Shown here piece after piece: positions 10,953 through 20,022 of a DNA stretch of 64,000 bases. Numbering within the stretch: position 1 is the first letter of the stretch; each line of letters starts with the position of its first letter. The position numbers and the translations under genes were made by a program. The notes under the pieces were generated by a model. It was not told the origin of the DNA. It saw only the letters and a program-made list of their open reading frames with translations, and did not search any database. This stretch comes from Bdellovibrionota bacterium (GTDB lineage Bacteria > Bdellovibrionota_C > UBA2361 > JAAYZI01): NCBI GenBank assembly GCA_050950765.1, contig JBMNIF010000001.1, positions 96,001-160,000 on the forward strand, in the 5' to 3' direction.

Positions 10953-12517
10953 CCCAAACTTTTCTGTGATTTACGTAACAATAAAGTAACATATTGTTAT
11001 AACCTATAGAAATTTTTTAAAAATTAACAAAAAAGGGGGTTGACTTTTTTGTTGTTTTGACATACGTATTTAGGTATGGGAAAGAAAGCAAAAATACACC
11101 CTGATTGGGCAACAAAATATCGAGAGAAAGGAAAAGAGGTACGTCTTATCAATGGGAGATATTACCTATATAGCTACAGCTATAAGTATGACCCTGAGAG
11201 GAAAAGGAGCGTGAAAGTTACTGGTAAATTACTTGGACGAATTACAGAAGAGGACGGTTTTATACCAAGTGAGAAGAGAAGCCTTGTACCTGCTGTGAAT
11301 ATTAAGTGCAGAGAGTATGGTTTATCTCAATTTATCCTCAATCAAAAAACAATTATTGAAAGACTTCGGTGTTATTTTCCAGATAAGTGGAAGGCTATTT
11401 TGCTGATGTCATACAGCAGGATCAAACATTGCTCTCCTATTAAACGCATGAATGATGATTTTGAAAACAGTATGTTGAGTGAAAAACTTAATTTTCTTCT
11501 TAATAAGAAAGCTATTCCGAATATTTTGCAATCGATTGGGAAAGATGAATTTGCTCGTTCTGAATATATGAAGAGTTTTATTCATGGAAAAGATTTTTTG
11601 TTAATTGATTCTACATTTCTTAGAACATCTATGAGAAAGTCGAGTCTTGCTAAAGGAGGATATAATAAAGACCATTTTTGGGAAACGCAGGCGAGTTTGC
11701 TTTATATTTACTCTAAAAAATTGCAACAACCAGTCTATTATAGGTTATTGGCTGGGAATATAAGAGATGTAAAAGCTCTATCTTTAACTATCCAAGAATC
11801 AGAAATTGGTGATGCTACTATTATTGCAGATAAGGGTTTCTATTCAGAGTCTAACGTTAAAGATCTTATAGAGAATAAACTTAGCTTTGTTATTCCATTG
11901 CGTAGAAATAGCTCTCTTATAGACTATGATGGAATAGAAACAAGCAGGAACGTTATTGAATATAATAAAACGTACTTAAGATATAAAAAATATAAGATTG
12001 GGAATGGATTTATATATCTGTTTAGAGACCCGTTTTTAGCAGGTGAAGAGGAAAATAACTTAGTTTCATTAACAATATCTCATCCAGAAAAATACAATTT
12101 AACAGATGTTGATTTAAAAAAAGTGAGGCTAGGAACTGTTGCATTCTTTTCAAATTTGGACTCATCCGCAGAAGAAATATACACGTTATACAAAATGCGA
12201 CTATCTATTGAACAATCTTTTGATACGTTAAAAACTGTTTTAAAAGCAGATGCTTCATATATGAGTGATGATGATAAATTTCAGGGATGGATGTTCGTGA
12301 ATCACATAGCAATACAGTGGAGCTATGAAATATTAAAAACAATAAAAAAACATAAACTTTCGACTTCAATATCATTAGAAGATGCTATCAGAAGGTTATC
12401 TGAAATTAAAAAAGTTAGGCTTGGGGACTCTTGGTATTTAGCCGAGCAAACTAAAGCAGAGCTAAAAATAGCCGAACTGTTACTTACTTAACATACGTAA
12501 AAAGGGGAAAGTTTGGG
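10953..12517 (+). mobile_element. Insertion sequence, IS1634-like (IS4 superfamily DDE), 1,565 bp
   Basis: Terminal IRs CCCAAACTTT/AAAGTTTGGG (10 bp perfect, about 24 bp imperfect to TACGTA); 6-bp target duplication GTTGAA at 10947-10952 and 12518-12523. Confidence 0.93.
11076..12491 (+). CDS. DDE transposase (IS1634/IS4-like)
   Basis: LIDST, IIADKGFYS and YKMRLSIEQSFDTLK (Y-R-E-K) motifs; intact 471-aa ORF inside the IRs. Confidence 0.93.
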   Translation: MGKKAKIHPDWATKYREKGKEVRLINGRYYLYSYSYKYDPERKRSVKVTGKLLGRITEEDGFIPSEKRSLVPAVNIKCREYGLSQFILNQKTIIERLRCYFPDKWKAILLMSYSRIKHCSPIKRMNDDFENSMLSEKLNFLLNKKAIPNILQSIGKDEFARSEYMKSFIHGKDFLLIDSTFLRTSMRKSSLAKGGYNKDHFWETQASLLYIYSKKLQQPVYYRLLAGNIRDVKALSLTIQESEIGDATIIADKGFYSESNVKDLIENKLSFVIPLRRNSSLIDYDGIETSRNVIEYNKTYLRYKKYKIGNGFIYLFRDPFLAGEEENNLVSLTISHPEKYNLTDVDLKKVRLGTVAFFSNLDSSAEEIYTLYKMRLSIEQSFDTLKTVLKADASYMSDDDKFQGWMFVNHIAIQWSYEILKTIKKHKLSTSISLEDAIRRLSEIKKVRLGDSWYLAEQTKAELKIAELLLT

Positions 12518-13200
12518 GTTGAAAAAACGACTGAAGAGGCGGTACAAGAAATGATTAAAGGAGTTGAAGAGTTTTTTAATGCGAATGCTAATTCATCGCT
12601 CAAGGAAGTTACTTTCGTTGTATTCGCAGATCCGGAAATTAAACGTGCTTTAATTAGTGCTCTTAAGACGGCAGCAGCTTTATCAACTAAACCAACTAAT
12701 GTGGAAGGGGATTTGTTAAATGAAGGATTTGGATCTCCACTCACAGACGCTGAACGTATCGCTGCAAGAGAAGAAAAATTAAAAAAAACAGGCTTTTCAG
12801 CGGAAGATATTGCTGAGATTAAAGGAAGATTTCCCAACCTTAATGTGGTACCTATGACACCTATAGCAGGTGATGATATTTCAGGGATTGTTGAAGATGC
12901 CGTAGCACTTAAAAGATCATTAGACCAAGGAGAAACTGAATTCGCAGTAGTTTTTAAGCTTAACGGTGATCTTGTGTTTGTTGATGAGGATGATACGCTT
13001 AAGAGAGTATGTGATGCTTATCTAAAAGCGAATTAGCTTAAGGACGTGTTGGATACTTAAAGGAAGATCTACTCTCCCCTTTCCAGTAGTAATCTTTAAC
13101 TTAATACTATTATATCAGATGTTTTATATAAAGTGACACGTTTAAAAAAATGTGTTCTCTTATATAGAGGATCAATAATCTTTCAAAATCACTACAAGGG

Positions 13201-13680
13201 AAACCATTCACATACAATGAAGCTTGTAATCAGGGGTTAACGTAGTATGTTACTCGAAAATTACTTAATGCGGGAGTAATTAAACATCTTGAGCGGGGGC
13301 TTTGTTGTTCAGTAGATGAGCTCTTTCATGATCTCGAATGAACGGAGTAAGGAAGTGCGTCTTGCATTAGCGAGCCTCTCGAAAACATCACCGTTTCCAA
13401 TTAACGAACTTCATGTGACGCAGCTAATTCACGAGCTAAGGATCTTTTTGATCTGGTTGTGATTTACGATGAAGTTAAAACTAGGGTGCGATTGAAGAGA
13501 GCGATCAAGAAAAGTTTTGCAGATCGTAAAACAGATCTGCCCGCTTCATTCCTAGCATTTTTTAAGACTCTTGATCTTACGATTCTCGAGCGTTCATGGA
13601 GTAGCGTTAAGCTTTCAGGTGTAAAAAATGACCTTTACAACTTGCATACGAAGAGTGTCTTCGATTTTAAAGGGTGTTGA
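13201..13680 (+). pseudogene. Decayed type IV toxin-antitoxin (AbiEi N-terminus plus AbiEii C-terminus) remnant
   Basis: From 13201: KPFTYNEACNQGLT*YVTRKLLNAGVIKHLERGL (AbiEi-like wHTH with internal stop). From 13426: NSRAKDLFDLVVIY...AIKKSFADRKT (AbiEii SRxKDxxD motif), in frame with ORF 13459-13680. Confidence 0.7.
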
Positions 13681-13922
13681 TTCAATCCTCACCGAAAAAA
13701 AAGAAGCGATAATCATTTCTCTTAGTTCTTATGACCACTCTCCCTCACCTCTCTAAGACATACTAAAATAAAGTAATTTTAAGTCTAGCGATTTTTCTTA
13801 GAGAAAAATGAGAAGTTTTTAGGCGTGATTTATAAAGCGTAAGGTGTTTATAGTCGAACTCTCCCATATCTCCGAAGGTGTCTGGGTAGGACATCTTGCA
13901 GGTTGTACAGGGGGGGGGAATC

Positions 13923-14591
13923 ATGCAGACAGATCCGTTTTTTAGTTATATGGCTAGCGCTGCTCAAGAAGTAGGGGGTGAAAAGGTCTTTTTCGTTTTG
14001 GCGGCTGTTTTTAGTCTACTTTTTTTGAAGAAGATCTTACTTTTTTCTAATAAAGCAACTTGGGGTGTAATGTTGTTACCAACGGCGATTTATCTCATTC
14101 AACACCCTCTATGCGCACAACTCTCTTCACAATATCCGATAACAACCCTTATTCCTGCTGTGTGGGGGTGTGAGCTACTTTTATTTGTAGCTTTAAAGAT
14201 GGGACTCGGACTTTTTTCCGTTTTCACTCCTGTTAATTCAAAATTTTCGGTGTGCTTGGTTGTCTTTTGTGTGGCTTTTTTAGCTAGTGTTTATTTAAAA
14301 CCAGATTGGATCGCCACATACCTCCCTATGCTTAATAAAGAAACAGCCTGTCTCGTGGCGTGCGGTATGTTGTTAACGCTAGCTCTTTGGAAGGTTTTAA
14401 AAGCAGTACTCCCTGTTTTTATATGGAGTGGAATTGCTGTAACGATGCTCTTTCTTGTTTTTGAAAGTAACTATGTCAATAATTTAACAGATAACAGTGA
14501 AATTTTGGATTATAAACAAAAAGCGCTTAACGCATTCCATGACGGGAAAGCTGTACTAAATATCGCTATGCGTAACTATTTGGAATTATAA
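13923..14591 (+). CDS. Hypothetical polytopic membrane protein
   Basis: About six hydrophobic segments; ATG at 13923 follows a G-rich RBS (ORF track starts at TTG 13896). Confidence 0.7.
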   Translation: MQTDPFFSYMASAAQEVGGEKVFFVLAAVFSLLFLKKILLFSNKATWGVMLLPTAIYLIQHPLCAQLSSQYPITTLIPAVWGCELLLFVALKMGLGLFSVFTPVNSKFSVCLVVFCVAFLASVYLKPDWIATYLPMLNKETACLVACGMLLTLALWKVLKAVLPVFIWSGIAVTMLFLVFESNYVNNLTDNSEILDYKQKALNAFHDGKAVLNIAMRNYLEL

Positions 14592-14824
14592 AAAATATTT
14601 TTTTCTCTAACCTCCCTTTAAAATGCTTGCAGATATCTTTTTTGCTATGTATCGTTTAATACTTGTAGTTAATCTGAAAGCTTCTTTTTTCAGAGTAAGG
14701 AGTTTTTAAAGATTGTTTTAATTTATAAAAAACCGCGCTTCAGAACATTCGGGTATAGTTGAGAGTGTTACAACAAAAGATCGAGGAATGGTCATGCGGC
14801 GGTATATGACGTTAGGAGAATAAA

Positions 14825-15007
14825 ATGGCTGAGTGTGCTGTTGTAAATGAAGATCAATGTGTAGGTTGTGGCGCTTGTGTAGGTGTTTGCCCGGCTGAAG
14901 CTATTACAGTGTCAAGCACTGCGGAAGTCGATCCCTCAAAGTGTATAGGTTGCGGTGAGTGTGCTTCAACCTGCCCGACCGAAGCGATCACAATGACGGA
15001 AAAATAA
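14825..15007 (+). CDS. 2[4Fe-4S] ferredoxin
   Basis: Two CxxCxxCxxxCP motifs in 60 aa; AGGAG RBS. Confidence 0.95.
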   Translation: MAECAVVNEDQCVGCGACVGVCPAEAITVSSTAEVDPSKCIGCGECASTCPTEAITMTEK

Positions 15008-15030
15008 GTTTTTTACTATAATTAACTCTT

Positions 15031-15072
15031 AAAAAGGAGATCGGCGTTATTAAATTCCGACCTCCTTTTTTT
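15031..15072. terminator. Bidirectional intrinsic terminator
   Basis: aaaaaggagatcgg...ccgacctccttttttt between convergent genes. Confidence 0.7.
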
Positions 15073-15103
15073 GTAAAATAATTTATAAAATAAAAGATGT
15101 AGA

Positions 15104-15853
15104 TTAGTAAATTATAGCATCTGGAACTTCTGAAGAGATAAATTGTAAGAGCGCTTCATTCTGTAAGTTTATGTAATAAGCTGTCTCTCTGTTCGTACAT
15201 CCCATACCGTCGCCACTTGAGGTAATGCCCACTAAGGAAGTTTCAATATGTCCATCACTAAATTGAAGTTGCGCAACAACAGGTCCACCTGAATCGCCTA
15301 TGCAGGTGTTTTGATCGCCTTCAACAAAATCAATAATATGATTCGGAGTGATCTCATCAGGGTATATAACACCGCTACGCAACACACCGTAATCACCAGC
15401 TTCATTCAATCCGAAGCCGAACACTAAAAGAGGGGTGAACGGCTCTATCTGAATAGATGAAAGAAGTGGGAGGACGGGTAAGTTTAAGGGAGTCTCTGTT
15501 CTTACGATCGCTATGTCATTAAAAAGAGCTACATCATTTGAAAAAAAGTCAGGTGCGACGACGACCTCCGTAACGGGATAGACACCGTCTTTAGTGCGAA
15601 GTGTTGCAGCAGTAATACCATCTTGAGCAAAACAGTGCGTCGCCGTAATGACAGCATTTGATCCGATGATTACTCCGGAACAGAGGCTTTGACCTTGATC
15701 TGAGGTTAAAATAATCTCGACGAACTGAGGAGATGCCTCTTCAGATACTTCAACGCCGTTATATATCTTAGCGATAAAGTTGGAAGAGTCTTCCGATGAT
15801 TGAGCACAACCGACCAATAAGAGGGTAAAAAGTAAAAACGGTAATGTTTTCAT
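15104..15853 (-). CDS. Trypsin-like (S1) serine protease lipoprotein
   Basis: TATHC, NDIAI and GDSGGP catalytic triad motifs; lipobox LVGC after MKTLPFLL start; IYNG mature N-terminus. Confidence 0.92.
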   Translation of the reverse strand: MKTLPFLLFTLLLVGCAQSSEDSSNFIAKIYNGVEVSEEASPQFVEIILTSDQGQSLCSGVIIGSNAVITATHCFAQDGITAATLRTKDGVYPVTEVVVAPDFFSNDVALFNDIAIVRTETPLNLPVLPLLSSIQIEPFTPLLVFGFGLNEAGDYGVLRSGVIYPDEITPNHIIDFVEGDQNTCIGDSGGPVVAQLQFSDGHIETSLVGITSSGDGMGCTNRETAYYINLQNEALLQFISSEVPDAIIY

Positions 15854-16135
15854 CGTAATATTCCAAGAGAAAAGTATATCGTTGTAACGATTAGTCATTG
15901 TGGCATTGTAACTTATGATGCAAAAAGTGACCAACATTTATTTTTTACTATATGCAGTGCTTTTGAACGGGAGATAGCCCCTTGATTTTATTACTAAAAT
16001 ATTCAAAATCATAACAATTAAATTCTCTTAGCTTCTGTAAAAAGGCTTTTAAAAATATCAGATTGAGGGAGTCCAGATCTTATCCTATTATATTAAGAGG
16101 TTAAAGAAGTTCCTGTTTACGCTCTATAAAAAGGT

Positions 16136-16711
16136 GTGCATATGCTTTCAAGTGCAGCAACTAAATATATCAAAAGACTACAAAAAGGGTTTAAGTTCGT
16201 ATGGGGTTTGTGTGTAGCGATGCCACCACTGGCAAATCTTTTGGTCTGCATTTATATAGCCGGAGATGTTGTTGAAAGCGGTGATACGTTTTTTATAATG
16301 CCATACTATCTTCTTGCTTTATTATGGGTACTCGTTGTTTTCTGTATCTTTAAAAGGTTCGATTCTACAAAGATTTTAAAGAAAATATATAAAAAGGTTA
16401 ATCTTTTTGGGGCATCAATAGAAACCCTAAATGATATAAAAACTGCTCTCCCTACTGCAGCAGTAAAGGAGATTACAGAGAGGGAGATGAAAATTATTGA
16501 AGTGTTTAAGAGGTACACCTTCGCTTTTTTTTCTTATGTGGCGCTTGTTGATTCGGTATCCGTAGTGGGTTTCCTACTTAGTGTTCGGAGTATGAACATT
16601 GATATTATGTTTCTCTTTACTGTTTTCGCTCTTCTTCTTTTATGGATGATACCTCGTCCGCAGTTCGATCAACTCCTTGATCAGATAGACCGAGAAGTTG
16701 TTGAACAGTAA
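16136..16711 (+). CDS. Hypothetical membrane protein (about 4 TM)
   Basis: 191-aa ORF with four hydrophobic helices; 3' end overlaps the convergent gene. Confidence 0.65.
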   Translation: MHMLSSAATKYIKRLQKGFKFVWGLCVAMPPLANLLVCIYIAGDVVESGDTFFIMPYYLLALLWVLVVFCIFKRFDSTKILKKIYKKVNLFGASIETLNDIKTALPTAAVKEITEREMKIIEVFKRYTFAFFSYVALVDSVSVVGFLLSVRSMNIDIMFLFTVFALLLLWMIPRPQFDQLLDQIDREVVEQ

Positions 16712-19661
16712 GAAGGATCTTGATTGCTGCAATAGAAAGGTCTTCTCTTGATCTCTCTGTTAAAAGGGTCTCCTGTTTTGCAAGCTCTGCTATAATAATT
16801 TGAGCCTCTTCTATCTTAAAGCCTAGTTGGCGTAGTGACATAAAAAGGTCTATTTCAAAGTTTTCAGGATCGTCAAACCTCCACTCTTCTGGCTGAAAAA
16901 AGGGTTTCCGTTTCTGAAGTGCTAGAAAATTTAAAAACTCAATGATTCTTGCTGCAGAATAATCTATCTTAATTTTTTTAACTTTCTCCTGTCGTGGTGG
17001 AAGTTCCTTAGTAGAAGTTTCCTGCATAGTGGGTCGGCGTGGAGAATGCTCCTGAAGTTGTTTGCGGAACCTTTCAAGTATCACCTCTCTAGCACGACGT
17101 TGTTTTTCTAAAACAGCTGCAATGTGTTTCCGTTTTGCAGCGCTATCAATGGCACGTCTTTTTCGTTTTGTCTTAAAGGAGTTTTCCCTCTGCTGCTGCT
17201 CAACGTGAAGTGGTGTAGGTTGTGATGGCTTAGGTTCTATCTGTTTTGGTATAGCCCCTGTTTTTATAACGGAAAGTTTAGGCTGTGATTTTGTAGGAGG
17301 CGAAACACGATTTTTAGAGGTGTCATCTGTTCGTTCATTTATGCCTTTTTGTTCTCGTTGCTGCTCCGCTAAAGGTTTATTTGCAGTGCTTCTAATATAT
17401 GGTTGTTGCTTTTGTGCAGGTTTAACTTTTGTAGAAGATGGAGCGTGTTGTAAAAAGGAAGTGGTGTTATCTTTTTCGATCTTTCTTTGATCTTCCTTTT
17501 TAAGTGGATTGGTTGGAGTTGCTACGTGTTGTAAAGAAAATCTAGTAACCTCTTTTTCGGCAGATGGTTGATCTGTTACTACTGTTTGAAGAACGTTTTG
17601 AGGTGGTGTCTTTCTAAGGTGTGTTTGTTTAGAAGAGGTAGTAAGAGCGCTCTCTTTCTCTCGCAATTCAACCGCAGCAGGTTTTTTTAACGCCGTGTTG
17701 TACAGTGCTTCATTTATTCTACTTATCTCTCTTTCTCTATGTAGTTTTTCGTCTTGTTGAAAACTTTGCTTATTAGGTTGCTTAAATGTTTTTTCTGTTT
17801 CTATTTTAAGTAACGGCTTAGTAAGGCTTGCGTCTACTTTAGAGGTATCAGTATTTTTTAGTAGGGGCGATCTTTTGTTTAATGGATCGTGTTTTGCCAC
17901 TTGTAGAGGTGTTGTTTGTGATTGTTGTTGTGGTGGTAGCTTTGTCTGTTGTGCTTCCGTATATTGTGTTAACGCTTTCTGCCTTATTAAGTGTTCTTCT
18001 CTCTGTTGTGATGGTTTTAAAGGCTGCGTTGCAGTAGATAATTCCTCTTGAGTGTGTATCGCTTTAATACTTGTAGCTTGTAGCTGTTTATTCGTAACAG
18101 GGTGAAGATATTTTGCAGAAAGTTGCTCTATGTTTTTTACCTCGTTTTTATTTTTATTTATAAGGGGGATCTGCCCTCTATTTTTTAATAAGTTATCTTG
18201 ATTTGCTAAAGTCTCAACGTGTCCAATTTCTATACTTTCAACTATCGGAGTTTTGTTAGTAGTAGCAGTTTGTAGTGTTGTTTTAGTGTTAAGTTGGGTA
18301 GGGGTTGTAGAGATAGTTACATTTTTCTGTGCAAGATCGTTTGAGGTAGGTATGGCGTTTTTTATTTCGTTTTTATTTATAAGGGGATTTTGTTCTATAT
18401 TTTTTAATGAATCACTTTGATTTGCTGAAGTCTCAACGTGTCTAACTTCTATACTTTTAACTATTGGAGTTTTGTTAGTAGTAGCAGTTTGTAGTGTTGT
18501 TTCAGTGTTAAGTTGGGTAGGGGTTGTAGAGATAGTTTGTCCATCTACTTTAGTAAGATCGTGTAAAGTAAAAGTTATATTTTTATCTTCTCCTTTAGTT
18601 ATCGGGGTATTTTGTTCTATATTTTCTAATGAAGTGTGGCGATCAAATACAAGATCGGTAACGGAGGGGTGCTCTTTAGAAGGTATTAAATCTTCAATGG
18701 AGAGTTCACCACGTACGAGAGGCAACGCTATCTGACATAACTTTAAAACGCCCCTTTCAAAATCGTCACAGTTATTTAAATAGGTTTTAAAAAGCTCTTT
18801 AATCTCTGTTTGACGATTTTTTAATTCGTGTTGATATCTGTCAAACTCTTTTGCTAGAGCCACCTGACGTTCAAAAACTCCTGCGGTAAGGGGTTGATAC
18901 GTTTTTAAGTTTTCTTCCATTAAGGTTAAGATATGTTGTACTTCGATGGGTGTTGCTTGATCAAAGAGAAGAGGGACGGAAATACCGAGTTTTTGACCTT
19001 GCAGGTCGCTTGTGGGGATGGCTTTTTCTTGTAAAGTAGTAAGTAAAGCTTGTAAGCCTTCATTTGAACTAGGGTATTCTAAGGAGATGGCGGAAACCTT
19101 TCGTGCTTCAATGTCAAAAGTATAAATATAGATAAATGAACCTGAACAGTAATTCTCTTCCTCTTCTTCTTCGGCTTCACGGCGTGGGCTGATTAAAATA
19201 GCTTGTTTTATCCCTGACTGTTCGGCAAAGGCGTCACGCATCGCAAGTAGGCCGTCAAAGATCTCAGAGTCTGCACGATTATGTTGTAATGAGCGCTCTG
19301 CCATCTTTTCAAGGGTATCACCTTGAGAGGTGACCATAGTGTTATTTTGCCAGTCATAGCCGAAAGAGATTAAACCACTCGGTTCGATGATTGCAAAAGC
19401 GGTATCTTCCGCCATAATCTGAGCGATAATCTCGGTTTTTTCAGAGCGGTCAAAGTTATGAGAGTTTAAAGCTGAAAGTAGACGTGTTACGACAGCAGCT
19501 TGAAGGGTAGGGTCAAAATATTTTTCCAGCTCTTTAGAATTGTTATTTATTACTTCGGATACGATGTTAGAAGTTGCAAGATCGTGGTCCCCTTTTGGGG
19601 GAGGTATGGCAATGGCATCTAATTCTTGTGCGGTGTTATGTATGGAGATGTCTAGTGACAT
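16617..19661 (-). CDS. Large hypothetical protein with globular N-terminus and Q/T/K-rich low-complexity middle
   Basis: 1,014-aa uninterrupted ORF with an internal 73-aa repeat. Confidence 0.8.
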   Translation of the reverse strand: MSLDISIHNTAQELDAIAIPPPKGDHDLATSNIVSEVINNNSKELEKYFDPTLQAAVVTRLLSALNSHNFDRSEKTEIIAQIMAEDTAFAIIEPSGLISFGYDWQNNTMVTSQGDTLEKMAERSLQHNRADSEIFDGLLAMRDAFAEQSGIKQAILISPRREAEEEEEENYCSGSFIYIYTFDIEARKVSAISLEYPSSNEGLQALLTTLQEKAIPTSDLQGQKLGISVPLLFDQATPIEVQHILTLMEENLKTYQPLTAGVFERQVALAKEFDRYQHELKNRQTEIKELFKTYLNNCDDFERGVLKLCQIALPLVRGELSIEDLIPSKEHPSVTDLVFDRHTSLENIEQNTPITKGEDKNITFTLHDLTKVDGQTISTTPTQLNTETTLQTATTNKTPIVKSIEVRHVETSANQSDSLKNIEQNPLINKNEIKNAIPTSNDLAQKNVTISTTPTQLNTKTTLQTATTNKTPIVESIEIGHVETLANQDNLLKNRGQIPLINKNKNEVKNIEQLSAKYLHPVTNKQLQATSIKAIHTQEELSTATQPLKPSQQREEHLIRQKALTQYTEAQQTKLPPQQQSQTTPLQVAKHDPLNKRSPLLKNTDTSKVDASLTKPLLKIETEKTFKQPNKQSFQQDEKLHREREISRINEALYNTALKKPAAVELREKESALTTSSKQTHLRKTPPQNVLQTVVTDQPSAEKEVTRFSLQHVATPTNPLKKEDQRKIEKDNTTSFLQHAPSSTKVKPAQKQQPYIRSTANKPLAEQQREQKGINERTDDTSKNRVSPPTKSQPKLSVIKTGAIPKQIEPKPSQPTPLHVEQQQRENSFKTKRKRRAIDSAAKRKHIAAVLEKQRRAREVILERFRKQLQEHSPRRPTMQETSTKELPPRQEKVKKIKIDYSAARIIEFLNFLALQKRKPFFQPEEWRFDDPENFEIDLFMSLRQLGFKIEEAQIIIAELAKQETLLTERSREDLSIAAIKILLTVQQLLGLSDQGVDRTADEVSSIKEEERKQ
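18201..18537. repeat. Intragenic direct repeat, 219-bp period
   Basis: Near-identical 118-bp cores at 18201-18318 and 18420-18537 encoding TISTTPTQLNTxTTLQTATTNKTPIV... Confidence 0.9.
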
Positions 19662-20022
19662 ATCAGTTTGTTTTATGATTATAGCCCGTATATAAACGAA
19701 GCATTCTCTCTAAAAATACCTTAACTGGCAAATCTTAAACGGTATAAAAATAATCTTGCTTAAAACGTATTGATTATATTTATAAATTTACTAATTTCAT
19801 TCACAAATCTTTCCTACCTTTTAAAAACTATATTCTCAAAAAATGACCTCTTTTTCACTATAATTTCACATTACAGCGGCGATTTTTAAGCCTTTTTCTA
19901 TAAAAATAAGGTATTTGCCGATCGTGAAAAATATAACAGAATAAGAACGCCGCAGAGCTGCTTTCTAGGAAGCGAATAATTTCAGCAAAACAAAAAACAG
20001 AATAAAAAGAGGTATAACTCAG

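Larger units (their letters stand above)
10482..13036 (+). pseudogene. Macrodomain protein interrupted by IS (intact gene would be 327 aa)
   Basis: GDISRIDADALITAIN and VSLPTIRMG macrodomain motifs; removing 10953-12523 joins ...GRVE to KTTEEAVQEMIKG...LKEVTFVVF in frame. Confidence 0.88.

Noticed and set aside
8950..13900. Integrative element with attL/attR at tRNA-Leu
   Set aside because: No integrase and no duplicated tRNA 3' end found by eye; only called island-like
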